Shown: positions 50,968-62,901, counted from the first letter of the stretch. The stretch: 64,000 nt of DNA from Mobula birostris (GCF_030028105.1 NC_092372.1:151968058-152032057), one strand, 5' to 3'. Notes: a model not told the origin generated them from the letters alone. Translations and numbers: made by a program.

Positions 50968-51501
50968 GGGTGGGGGATGGGAAGGAGGACGAGCTGGCAG
51001 GTGATGGGTGAAACCAGGTGAGCGGGAGGTTGAGAGGGTGGGGGATGGGAAGGACGAGCTGGCAGGTGATAGGTGAAACCAGGTGAGCGGGAGGTTGAGA
51101 GGGTGGGGGATGGGAAGGACGAGCTGGCAGGTGATAGGTGAAACCAGGTGAGCGGGAGGTTGAGAGGGTGGGGGATGGGAAGGACGAGCTGGCAGGTGAT
51201 AGGTGAAACCAGGTGAGCGGGAGGTTGAGAGGGTGGGGGATGGGAAGGACGAGCTGGCAGGTGATAGGTGAAACCAGGTGAGCGGGAGGTTGAGAGGGTG
51301 GGGGATGGGAAGGAGGACGAGCTGGCAGGTGATGGGTGAAACCAGGTGAGCGGGAGGTTGAGAGGGTGGGGGATGGGAAGGACGAGCTGGCAGGTGATAG
51401 GTGAAACCAGGTGAGCAGGAGGTTGAGAGGGTGGGGGATGGGAAGGACGAGCTGGCAGGTGATAGGTGAAACCAGGTGAGCGGGAGGTTGAGAGGGTGGG
51501 G
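50968..51501. repeat. 65-bp G-rich minisatellite, about 8 copies
   Basis: Unit GGGTGGGGGATGGGAAGGACGAGCTGGCAGGTGATAGGTGAAACCAGGTGAGCGGGAGGTTGAGA. Confidence 0.95.
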
Positions 51502-51529
51502 ACAGGTGAAGTAAGAAGCTGGGAAGCTT

Positions 51530-54500
51530 CTTTATCCTTCCTATAGTAAACAGAGCAGAACTGAACACAATACAGTATTCCAAGAGTGGTCTAACCAGGG
51601 TTTTATAGAGTTCTTACATTACTTTGTGGCTTTTGAACTCAATTCCCAGACTAATGAAGGCCAACACATCACACACCTTCTTTACTACCCTATTAATTTG
51701 AGGAGCAACTTTGAGGAATCTATGGATGTGGGCCCCAAATTCCCTTTGTTCCTCCACATTAAGAATCAGAATGAATCAGAATCAAGTTTATTATCACCGG
51801 CATGTGTCATGAAATTTGAAATCTGTTAACTTAGCAGCAGCAGTTCAAAGCAATACATGATAATACTGAAAGAAAGAAATAAATCGATTACAGTAACTAT
51901 ATACACACACACACTCTAAGTAGTTAGATTAAAAAATAGTGCAAAAGAGAAATATATATTAAAAAAAGTGAGGTAGTGTTCATGGGTTCAATGTCCATTG
52001 ATGTCCATTTAGGAATCAGAAGAAAGAGGGGAAGAAGCTGTTCCTGATTCGCTAAGTGTGTACCTCCTTCCCGAGTGTAACAGTTTGAAAAGGGCACGCC
52101 CTGGGTGATGGGGGCCCTTAATAATGGATACAGTACCGCCTTTCTCAGGCACCGCTCCCCAAAGACGCCTTGCATACTATGGAGGCTAGTACCCAAGATG
52201 GAGCTGACTAACTTTACAACTTTCTGCAGCTTCTTTCGAACCAGTGCAGTAGCCTCCCCCATACCATACATTTTTGCAGCCTGTCAGAATGCTCTCCATG
52301 GTACATATACATAAGTTTTCAAGAGATTTAGTTGACAAACCAAATCTCTTCAAACTCCTAATGAATTATAGCTGCTGTCTTGCCTTCTTTATAGCTGCAT
52401 CAATATGTTGGGACCAGGTTAGATCCTCAGAGATCTTAACATTCAGGAATTTGAAGTTGCTCACTCTCTCCACATCTGATCCCTCTATGAGGATTGGTTT
52501 GTGTTCCCTAACCCTACCCTTCCTGAAATCCACAATTTATCTTTTATCTTACTGACGTTGAGTGACAGGTTATTGCTGTGACACCACTCCACTAGCTGTT
52601 ATATCCCTTGCCCTCTCAACTCCATCTGAGATTCTACCAACAATGGTTGTATCATCAGCAAATCTATAGATGGCATTTGAGCTATGCTTTGCCACACAGT
52701 CATGGGTATAGAGCAAGTAGAGCAGTGGGCTAAGCACACACCCCTGATGTGTGCCAGTTTTGATTATCAGCGAAGAGGAGATATTATTGTCAATCTGCAC
52801 AGATTGTGGACTTTCAGTTATGAAATCAAGGATCCAATTGCAGAGGGAGGTATAGAGACCCATGTTCTGTAGCTTATTGATCAGGACTATGGAAATGATG
52901 GTGTTAAACGCTGAGCTATAGTCAATGAACAGCATTCTGACAGGTGTTTGTATTGTTCAGGAGAGCCATTGAGATTGTGTCCGCCGTGGACCTATTGTGG
53001 CAATAAGCAAACTTCAGTGAGTCCAGGCACTTCCTGAGGCAAAAGTTGATTCTAGCCACGATCAACCTCTTGAAGCATTTCATCACAGTAGATGTGAGTG
53101 CTACTGGATGATAGTCATTAAGACAGCTCGCACTACTCTCCTTAGGCACTGGTATAATTGTTGCCTTTTTTGAAGCAGATGGGAACTTCCACCTGTAGCA
53201 GTGAGAGGTTGAAAGTGTCCTTGAATACTCCAGCCAGTTGGTTGGCACAAGTTTTCAGAGCCTTACCAGGTTCTCCATCGGGGCCTGATGCCTTGCGAGG
53301 GTTCATCCTCCTGAAAGGCAGCCTGACATTGTTCTTGGAGACAGAGATCACAGGGTCACTGGGTAGTTATATTCTCCCTTTCAAACTGGGCATAGAAGGT
53401 GCTGAGATCATCTGGTAGTGAAGCATCGCTGCCATTCATGCTATTGGGTTTTGCTTTGTAGGAAGTAACATCCTGCAAACCCTGTCAGAGTTGACATGCA
53501 TCTGATGCCACCTCCAACTTCGCTCAGAATTGTTTCTTCGCTTTTGAAATTGCCCTCCACAAGTCATACCTGCTTTTCGTGTACAGCTCTGGGTCACCAG
53601 AATGCCACAGATCTATCCCTCAGCAGACGATGAGCTTCCTGATTCAACCATGGCTTTTTGTTTGTGAATATATAGCAAGTTTTCGTAGGCACACACTCAT
53701 CCACACAGGTTTTAATGAAGTCAGTAACAACTGCAGCATACTCTTCCAGGTTCGAAGATGAATCCCCAAATACAGGGATCTTGCCATTAACCCGGTATTT
53801 TGCCTTCAAATTCGACCTTCCAAAGTGGATCACTTCACACTTTTCTGGATTGAACTCAATCTGCCAATTCTCAGCCCAACTCTGCATCTTTTCAATGCCC
53901 TGTTGTAACCCATGACAACTTTCTATACCATCCACAACTCCACCAACCTCAGTGTCATCTGCAAACTTACTAACCCACCCTTCCACTTCCTCATCCAAGT
54001 TACAAAGAAAATCACAAAGAGCAGGGGTCTCAGAACAGATCCCTGCAGATCATCACAGGCAGAAGATGTCCATCTACTACCACCCTCACTGCCTTCTATG
54101 GGCAAGCTACTTCTGAATCCATAGAGCCAAATTTCCCTGTATTCTATGTCTCCAGTCTTTCTGAATGAGCCTGCCATGGGGAACCTTATTAAGCACCTTA
54201 GTAAAATTCAGATTCACCACATCCACTACTTTACCTTCAACAAGGCACTTTGTCACATCCTCAAAGAATTCAGTCATGCTCGTGAGGCATGACCCGACCC
54301 TCATAAAGCCATGCTGACTGTTCCTAATCAGACTATAATTCTCCAAATGCTCATAAATCCTGTCTTTAAGAACCATTTTTTGAAGTAAAGCTCACTGGTC
54401 TATAATACCCAGGGTTACACCTACACCCTTTCTTAATCAAAGGAATAATACCTGACACTCTCCAATCATCTGACACTACTCCTGTGGCCAGTGAGGATGC

Positions 54501-55260
54501 AATGATCATCGCCAAGGTGGAGGAATCTCTTTCCTCACTTCCCTTGTAACCTGGGGTATATCCCGTCCAGCTCTGGAGACTTATTTATCCTAATGTTTTT
54601 TAAAAGTTCCTGCAATTCCTCTTTTTTAAAGTCAAGTTTATCAGCCTTTTTTACGCTGTCCTCGCAAACATCAAGGTCCCTCTCACTGGTTAATACAAAG
54701 TAAAGTATTCACTAAGGACCTCCCCTACCTCCTCCAACTCCAGGCACGTCTCCTCTTCTATCCTGATCAGTCCTATCCTCACTCTAGTCCTCTTTCTGTT
54801 CTTCACATGTGCAGAGAATGCCTGAAGGTCTCCTTCATCCTACTCACCGAGGCCTTTTTATGCCTCCTTCTGGCTCTCTTAGGTCCATTCTTAAGCTTCT
54901 TCCGGGTTACCTTGTAACTTTCTGGAGCCCTGTCTGATCCCTGCTTCCTAAATCTTAAGCAAGCTTCTTTCTTCCTTGACTAGATGTTCCACATCTCTTG
55001 TCAACCATGGTTCCTTCCCCCTACCACCCTTTCCCTGTCTCAATGGGACAAACCTACCCAGAACCTCATGCAATCGGTGCAACTGCTCCCCAAGCAGACG
55101 TCACATTTTCATTGTGCATTTCCCCAAGTCTCTCTGTTCCCAATTTGTTTCTAAATTCCTGCCTAATACATAGTAGAATTCCCCTCCCTCAGTTATATAC
55201 TTTCCCATACTGTCTGCTCCGAACACCTTCCAAGGTCAAGGTAAAAGTCACAGTCTGAAC
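51530..55260 (-). mobile_element. CR1 LINE (-) with a nested L2/Rex-type LINE (-, about 51765-53765)
   Basis: CR1 motifs QHGF and FADDT. Nested motifs [22 protein letters not shown] and FADDTTIVG, plus a (GATTCT)n tail. Confidence 0.85.
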
Positions 55261-55599
55261 AGAACACAATATGGCCATCTAATCTCTCGTCATGTGACAG
55301 CTGTCATATACTCACTCACCAATGTTTAGCTTGAGCAACGATCTCACTGAAACATGCAAAATTCTTTAAAAATTGACTTGAATGATACAGAATTAATGTT
55401 ATCCCTGGCAGCGGTGGGCAGAACCAATAGTAGTTTATTCAGGACAGTAAGAAAGAAAAACTTCACCCAGAGGGTCATAAATCTACGGATTGTTTTTAGA
55501 AGGCAGCACCGGTGAAAGGACTATGAAGACGTGGATGGCAGAGATGAAGGACCGAAGTCAGGACTGCTTCAAGTCGGTGGAGAGGACAACTTTTTTTTA

Positions 55600-55825
55600 A
55601 TAGTTAGAGAAACAGCACAGTAACCAGTCCTTTTGTCCCAATGAGCCCCTGCCACCCGATTACACCCACGTGACCAATTAACCTACTGACCCGTACCTCT
55701 CTGGAATGTGGGAGGAAACAGAGCACCCGGAGGAAACCCACACAGTCATGGGGAGAACGGTTTGACTGAGCGCAGTCGTTGGCGCTGCAACAAAATTATG
55801 CAAATCACTACGCCACCAAGTCACC
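55600..55825 (-). mobile_element. SINE with CR1-related tail
   Basis: V-SINE-like core GTGGGTTTCCTCCGGGTGCTC on the minus strand. Confidence 0.55.
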
Positions 55826-55839
55826 CGCGTGTCCCGATT

Positions 55840-58090
55840 GTCAGTGGAACTAGATGAATATGCCACAGCCATTGCAGACTTCAGAAGTACATGCACTGGG
55901 TGAGTGTGTATCCACAAAAAACACTGTGCGTCTTCCCTGGATGCTCTTCATTGACCACAGCTCAGCGTTCAACACCATCATCCCCACAAAACTAATTACA
56001 AGGCTCTCTTCTGTGCAACTGGATCCTCAATTTCCTCACCCAGTTATTATGGAGTGACGACAACATCTCCTCCACACCCACCATCAGCACCAGTGCCCCA
56101 CAGGACTGTGTCTTAGCCCCCTGCTTTATTCACTTTATATAGAGGATTTGGTGGCTAGGCTCAGCTCCCAAGCTCTACCTATGTTTGCTGATGGCACCTC
56201 TGTTGCCGGCCAAATCAAAGGTGGTCATGAATTGGCGTATGGGAGGGAGATTTAAAACCTGTTTGAGAGGTGCTACACAACAACCTATCGCTCAATGTCA
56301 GCAAAACCAAAGAGCTGATTATCGACTACAGGAAGAAGAAGCTGGTGGGGTTTATGAGCCAGACCTCATTATGGGAACAGAGTGAGAAGGGTAAGAAGCC
56401 TTAAATTTCTTGGCTTTAACATATCAAAGGATTGGTCCTGGGACCAGCACGTAAATGTCATCACAAAGAAGGTATGACAGTGCCTCTACTTTCTTAGAAT
56501 TTTGCGTAGATTTAGCACATCACCAAAAACTTTGGACAAACTTTTATAGATGCAAAGTGGTTGTGGAAAGATCAAAGCCCAGAAACAGAAAAGGCTACAG
56601 AAGTTGGTGGAACGGCCCAGTTCCTCACAGGCTGAGCCCTCTCCACTAGCGAATACACTTATGTGGAGTGCTGTTATAAGAAAGCGGCATCCGTCTTCAA
56701 AGCACCCCACCATCCAGTCCATGTCCTCTTCTCACTACCACCACTGAGCAGAAGATACAGAAGCTTTAGGTCCCACACCACCAGCTTCAGGAACAGTGAT
56801 TACCCTACCGCCATCAGGCTCCTGAACTGCTGTGGATAACCTCGATCACCACCACTCTGAACTGATTCAATATCCACATGAATCACTGTCAAGGGCTCTT
56901 TACAACTCATGTTCTCAGCGTTATTTTTATTCGCACAGTTTGTCCTCTGTTGTACATAGGCTGTTTGTCAGCCTTTGTTTATGTATAGTCTTTTTGTGAA
57001 TTTTCATTTTACTTTATTTGGAGATACAACATGGAAGGATCATTGAGGACCCAAGTCACCCCAACCACAAACTGTTCCAGCTGCCACCACTCGGGAAACG
57101 GTACCGCAGCATAAAAGCCAGGACCAACAGGCTCCGGGACAGCTTCTTCCACCAGGCCATCAAACTGATTAACTCATGCTGATACAACTGTATATTGACT
57201 GTCCTATTGTACATACTATTTATTATAGATTACTATAAATTGCACATTTAGACAGAGACGTAATGTAAAGATTTTTACTCCTTGTGTACATGAAGGATGT
57301 AAGTAATAAAGTCAATTCAAGGGGCCCTTCTGGCCCCTCAAGTTAATTGCTAAGCTACCCGGGTGTCTCTCATGTATTTCTCTTTGTGTTGTAGATGCCC
57401 GCAAACAAGTGAACCTCAAGATAGTATTGCAATTTCAGATTAAACTGAAATCACAGATGGACACTCAAGCAGCGGTAGCAGGGTTTGAACAATATAACTT
57501 CCTGCAAGGCAGGATTGGTTGGCACAACAGGCAATAACCATTACTTGTAAATGAGCTCAATGCCTTTTTGTGCATTCTTTGACAGGGAGAACCATGAGAC
57601 ACCCACATCTCCAGATGATGTCAGTCTCTGGGGACCTTCAACAGCGTGGATCCATGAAAGGCATCTGGTCCAGATGGCTTACTAAGCTGAGAACTAAAGA
57701 TATATGCGTACTGACTGGCTGGAGTATTTATGGACATATTAAACCCCTTGCTCTGCAGCTGGAGGGTCCCACCTGCTTCAGAAATGATTCTATTCTACTG
57801 GTGCCCAGGAAGAGCGCAGTGACTTGCCTCACTGACTACTGCCTGGTAGTAGTTACACCAACCGTAATGAGGAGCTTTGAGAGGTTGGTAAAGACACGAG
57901 TCAACTTCTACCACGGGGATGACCTGAATCCACTCCAATTTGCCTAACACCACAGCAGGCTAGCAGCAGGTGCGGGTTCCTTTCTGGCTCTTCACTCTGC
58001 TCAGAACCATCTGGACAGCAACAATTCATAAATCAGGCTGCTGTTCCTCAACTGCAGCACATCTGTACACACGACTGCATGGCTAAGGTC
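55840..58090 (+). mobile_element. Decayed L2/Rex-type LINE fragments, several nested
   Basis: [23 protein letters not shown] and LNPLQFA motifs. Confidence 0.7.
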
Positions 58091-58244
58091 ATCTCTGTGC
58101 GACAGCAGAACACACATCATAGTACAATAGTCTCTGTTTTATTATTTTGTACATTATTATTGCACAGTATTGTACATTATTGCACATCGGTAAATTACTG
58201 TTGTGTATATTATTATTCACAATATTATATATTGTGTATATTAT

Positions 58245-59545
58245 TGTGGTCAGCCCGTGTAGCAGTTGATGAGGCAGAGTCTGGATTGAAGCACAAGGAG
58301 ATGGTTGGGGCTATCCAGCTAGGCTGCCAGGGACTTGGATGGACAACCCACATCTTCTACAGGTAAGGAGCGCCGTGACGTTGTAACACAAGAGGTACGA
58401 GAGGTAGAAGAGCAGAAGAGGTTAGCTAAAACAGCTGGCCTGGCCAAACAAGGGGCTTGGACCCGATGGGAAAGTGTTGAATGACGACATCTATCTTGGA
58501 ATGTTCTGTGGCAGATGGAACCGCTCTGCATTTCTTTTCTATGCAGAGCAGCGTACGATCTGCTCCCAACACTTGCCAACCTCAGCACCTGGTATGAAGA
58601 TAAGACAGACAGGTGTGCTGCTTGTGGTGACAAGGGAACACTTCAACATATTTTGAGTGCATGCAGAGTCAATCTTTCCAGCGGCATGTACACTTGGAGA
58701 CATAACAATGTTCTCAAAGTTGTAACAGAAGCGGTTGAGCAGAGAGTACTGCAGCACAACTTATCTCATGCCCCATGCTGCACAGAACATCGCATATCAT
58801 TTGTGAAAGAAGGCTCCAAGTCAAGGTTGTACAGCGCAGGCTCACGATCAAGCATACTTTCTTCAGCCAATGACTGGTGTGTCGAGGCCAACCTGGATGG
58901 GAAAGGCAGTTTCCCGGAGCAAATAGTTTCACCACATTGCGTCCAGATATAATTGTATGGTCTGACATCAGTAGAGAAGTGGTTATTGGTGAACTCACAG
59001 TCCCCTGGGAAGACAACATCGATGAAGCCCATGAGCGCAAGTTAACCAAGTATGCAGAATTAAGATCAGAGTGCAGAGACAGAGGGCGGAAGGTCTCATG
59101 CTATCGACTCGAAGTAGGCTGCTGTGGGTTTATTGCGTTCACTCTCCAGAAGTGGCTGCGTGACCTTGGCTTCACTAGAAGAGAGATCAAGTCAACCAGC
59201 AGGGCTGTAGCTGAGGCAGCAGAGAAAGGATCAGCATGGGTGTGGACCAAGTACGTCCAGAGGGGCAGATAGTCAGACAGTGTATACATATCTTGCAAAC
59301 CCTTCAGTAGTTGCATAGACACCTGAAGAGCAGACTATCTGTTGGATGGAAGTGACCAACAACTCTGATAGAGGCAGATGCCAAGTTTTTAAGCTCACCA
59401 GTGGGAGGTGGTGCTTTAGCACTGCTGGCCCACCACCTCGAGGGAGTCTTGATCATAAGCGGGCCGAAACTCCTGAAGACAGGTGGCAGATCAACTGATG
59501 ATCCCACTGGTGATAGCACAGGACAGTTAACATCTTAGTCCAAGT
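58245..59545 (+). mobile_element. 5'-truncated R2-group non-LTR retrotransposon (HERO/NeSL-like) with restriction-like endonuclease
   Basis: CCHC knuckle CAAC...HILSAC, YTWRHNNVL, and PD-(D/E)xK nuclease RPDII...ELTVPWE...K..KY...LEVG. Stop at 59270-59272, followed by a structured 3' UTR. Confidence 0.85.
59395..59513 (+). ncRNA. Structured RNA element: kink-turn plus pseudoknotted hammerhead-like core
   Basis: Pairings visible by eye: 59395-59406/59502-59513 (12 bp), 59433-59438/59481-59486, 59442-59447/59469-59474 and 59449-59454/59489-59494. Motifs GUC, GAAA and CUGAUGA. Confidence 0.55.
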
Positions 59546-59876
59546 GTATTTTTTAACTCTATTCTGTGATTTATTAGTTAATATTATTATAATATTTATT
59601 ACTATTGCCAAGTGTGTTTTTAAATGTTGCTGCTGGAAGAAATAATTTCCCACTCTGGATCAATAAAGTAATTATTATTAAGTACAGCTTTGAGTTCAGC
59701 AGTAGCTTTATTGTTGTTGGACAAATCACAGGTGGAGACGAGTCAGTGGGATAGGACACCTGGCAACAACAACCTCTAGTTCAATGTCAGCAAAACTAAA
59801 GAGCTTGCTTGAAGCAACACACATCAAAGTTGCTGGTGAACGCAGCAGGCCAGGCAGCATCTGTAGGAAGAGGTGC

Positions 59877-59912
59877 AGTCGACATTTCAGGCCGAGACCC
59901 TTCGTCAGGACT
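59877..59912 (-). ncRNA. Minimal type I hammerhead ribozyme motif (Penelope tail)
   Basis: AGUC CUGACGA AGG-gucucgg-CCU GAAA UGUC GACU on the minus strand. Confidence 0.7.
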
Positions 59913-60780
59913 AACTGAAGGAAGAGTGAGTAAGGGATTTGAAAGTTGGAGGGGGAGGGGGAGATCCAAAATGATAGGAGAAGACAGGAGGGGGAGGGAT
60001 GGAGCCAAGAGCTGGACGGGTGATTGGCAAAAGGGGATACGAGAGGATCATGGGACAGGAGGTCCGGGAAGAAAGACAAGGGGTGGGGGGGACCCAGAGT
60101 CTGCGTTGGGTCTCGCCAATATATAAAAGGCCACATCGGGAGCACCGGACGCAGTATATCACCCCAGTCGACTCACAGGTGAAGTGTTGCCTCATACTGC
60201 GTCCGGTGCTCCCGATGTGGCCTTTTATATATTGGCGAGACCCAACGCAGACTGGGAGACCGTTTTGCTGAACATCTACGCTCTGTCCGCCAGAGAAAGC
60301 AGGATCTTCCAGTGGCCACACATTTTAATTCCACATCCCATTCCCATTCTGACATGTCTATCCACGGCCTCCTCTACTGTAAAGATGAAGCCACACTCAG
60401 GTTGGAGGAACAACACTTTATATTCCGTCTGGGTAGCCTCCAACCTGATGGCATGAACATCGACTTCTCTAACTTCCGCTAGGCCCCACCTCCCCCTCGT
60501 ACCCCATCTGTTACTTATTTTTATGCACACATTCTTTCTCTCACTCTCCTTTTTCTCCCTCTGTCCCTCTGAATATACCTCTTGCCCATCCTCTGGGTCT
60601 CCCCCCCCCCCCCCCGTCTTTCTTCCCGGACCTCCTGTCCCATGATCCTCTCGTATCCCCTTTTGCCAATCACCTGTCCAGCTCTTGGCTCCATCCCTCC
60701 CCCTCCTGTCTTCTCCTATCATTTTGGATCTCCCCCTCCCCCTCCAACTTTCAAATCCCTTACTCACTCTTCCTTCAGTT

Positions 60781-60816
60781 AGTCCTGACGAAGGGTCTCG
60801 GCCTGAAACGTAGACT
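60781..60816 (+). ncRNA. Minimal type I hammerhead ribozyme motif (Penelope tail)
   Basis: AGUC CUGACGA AGG-gucucgg-CCU GAAA CGUA GACU, with a GUA cleavage triplet. Confidence 0.75.
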
Positions 60817-61019
60817 GCACCTCTTCCTACAGAAGCTGCCTGGCCTGCTGCGTTCACCAGCAAATTTGATGTGTGTTGCTTGAATTTCCAGCATCTGCAG
60901 AATTCCTGTTGTTTGAGCTTGCTTGAAGAAATCTTTGCCCAATTACCATCAACATATAACCAGAAGATCCAATACACGGCACCATTGTTGTACAGTACTA
61001 AGATAAGGCATTCTGCCTG

Positions 61020-61350
61020 TCAGGCTGCCCATCTAAAGTTACTCACCGGAGAAGAATGGCACTTGTAAGAGAAGTTACTGTGATGCTAACAGTCACTCTG
61101 AGTGAGCTACAGAAGTTAGCTCAGAACTGGAGATGAAGTTCCAGGCTCCACAATCTCTAAGGCTGCACAAAACGGGGATCTAGGGAAGAGTGGTGAGAAG
61201 GCTTGGCTAAAAAGTAAATCATATCCTTGTCTGTGAAGACTTTGCAAAGCCTCACTTACAAGTTGCTGGAAATATTTGGAAAAGGTCTTGTGGTTGGATG
61301 ACACTAAAGTAAAGCTTTATGGCCTTAAAACTAAGCAGTGCGAGTGGGGT
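61020..61350 (+). mobile_element. Decayed Tc1 transposase fragment
   Basis: VTLSELQK and W.KVLWLDDTKVKLYG-like motifs. Confidence 0.55.
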
Positions 61351-61719
61351 AAATTTAACTTGTTTAATCTATTTTAACTACTGAACTGACTCCCTTCAAT
61401 CCAATGCAGGACCCTGTTTGATATTATCTGAGTTTGTGAATCCAACTTACTGATGTCAACTTGAAACCCAAAAGTGGTTCCTGTGTACCTCTGATGAACT
61501 GCAACTGTTTCAGTCCCCACAGAGGCTGAGTGCTACCCGAACTTCCCACATATCCCAACATCTGTGATATTTTATTTACTTTTGTACCTACACGCAACCC
61601 TCTCTTTTTAAGCATGCGGAAACATCTTTATTCTGCCAGTCACATGTTAGAAATGATGTTAAACAGTAAAATTATACCTGTATTTATAATGCACCTTTTG
61701 TACAGATCATGTAAACAGG

Positions 61720-62300
61720 AACAACGTCCCGCCAATCCGGCAAGTAGATAAACCTCCAGCTGCTAACGTAATCGGGAAACGTTTTGTCCTATTCTGTTTT
61801 CCAGGTATCATCTGACATAGCTTCATGAAAAAAAAACTTTGTAGCCAGGTTTGAGATAGCAGCCCCTGCTTGGTCTGCGATAGCCCCGGGATTTACGTCA
61901 TTCCTCCTACCGGGAACTCACGCGCGCATGACGCATCAACGCCCAGCCTTCATTCATTAGCTGACTATTTTTTGCCTTCGAGCCAGGATTGGCTAGTTGT
62001 GCTGCCTGAGTGGGCGGGGCGTTGGGCACTTCCGCCGCGTGCGGATGTTGGGACCGAGTGGAACCTTTAAAGTATCCAGCGGGAGTAGCCTTGGGTTTAG
62101 GCTGCTTGTCCACCGGCTGCTGGTAAACTGGAACCGCGTTCTCCGCTGCCCTGCCTCTCAGCCCAGGAGATTTTATGATCATTTACCATTTCCCACTCTA
62201 AGAGGTGTTCTTACTGCGGCTCTCACAAAAAGGACTTTGGTTACTATCAGTCCGCCAACGTAAGTAGCATTCCGTGTTTTTTGCCTTTCACTGAGTATTG
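61720..62300. promoter_or_regulatory. CpG-island bidirectional promoter (FASTKD3 on -, probably MTRR non-coding exon 1 on +)
   Basis: CCAAT at 61732 and ATTGG at 61988, TTACGTCA at 61893, GCGCATGACGCA at 61924, GC-box at 62012, ETS CACTTCCG at 62027. Plus-strand donor GTAAGT at 62260; candidate minus-strand donor CAG|GTATAA at 61677. MTRR is inferred only from the human head-to-head arrangement. Confidence 0.7.
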
Positions 62301-62901
62301 TGGTTTACGTTACGCTAAATCTTTGGAATAATCGGTGATACGCCAGGATTTACTTGCAATAAGTAACTTACTCTTTTAAACCTGATACACCATCCCTTGA
62401 TATTTGATTCATATTGCACTTATATATCACTCAGCCAATCTAACACAGTGTTCTGCACTGCCTAAATTGTTAAAGAATGTTAAATAAGCGGACCATGTAA
62501 GAGGGACGTGGAAGATATATAATATGCATATAGTACAAAGTTGTAGTTCAGGTGTATAAGTGTCCATATGTTGGTACTAGTGAATCAATAGGTAGACGCT
62601 CCTTAACCAGTGTTAGGTGTAATTGGTGACATTGCCGGCTGTATTACTACAGTCAACAAACATGCCCGATGCTTACAGAAGATTTGCATAATTATCCACA
62701 AATTAATTGACAAACTGCAGTGTCGTCAGCTCATCACTACGAATGATTTGTGCATTAGAATCAGGATTATCGTTGAAATCTGAAGTGAAGTTTGTCTTGT
62801 GGCAACAGTATAACGCAAGAAATAAATGATGCATAGAGCAATAGATAGGTTGTATTTCCCAAGTGACTTTTCAGAAATCTAATGGCAGATGGGGAAGAAG
62901 C

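Larger units (their letters stand above)
59812..60914. mobile_element. Young Penelope-like insertion with inverted 5' copy of its tail
   Basis: 14-bp direct repeat GAGCTTGCTTGAAG at 59801-59814 and 60915-60928. Outer inverted arms about 59812-60099 / 60591-60881. GIY-YIG fragment in the centre. Confidence 0.92.

Noticed and set aside
50897-51583. 228-aa Pro/Ser-rich ORF, or a CRISPR-like array
   Set aside because: It is the translation of a head-to-tail 65-bp minisatellite with no unique spacers.
60276-60977. 233-aa and neighbouring ORFs
   Set aside because: These are antisense or low-complexity readings of Penelope tails, repeated at 59.8 and 63.4 kb.
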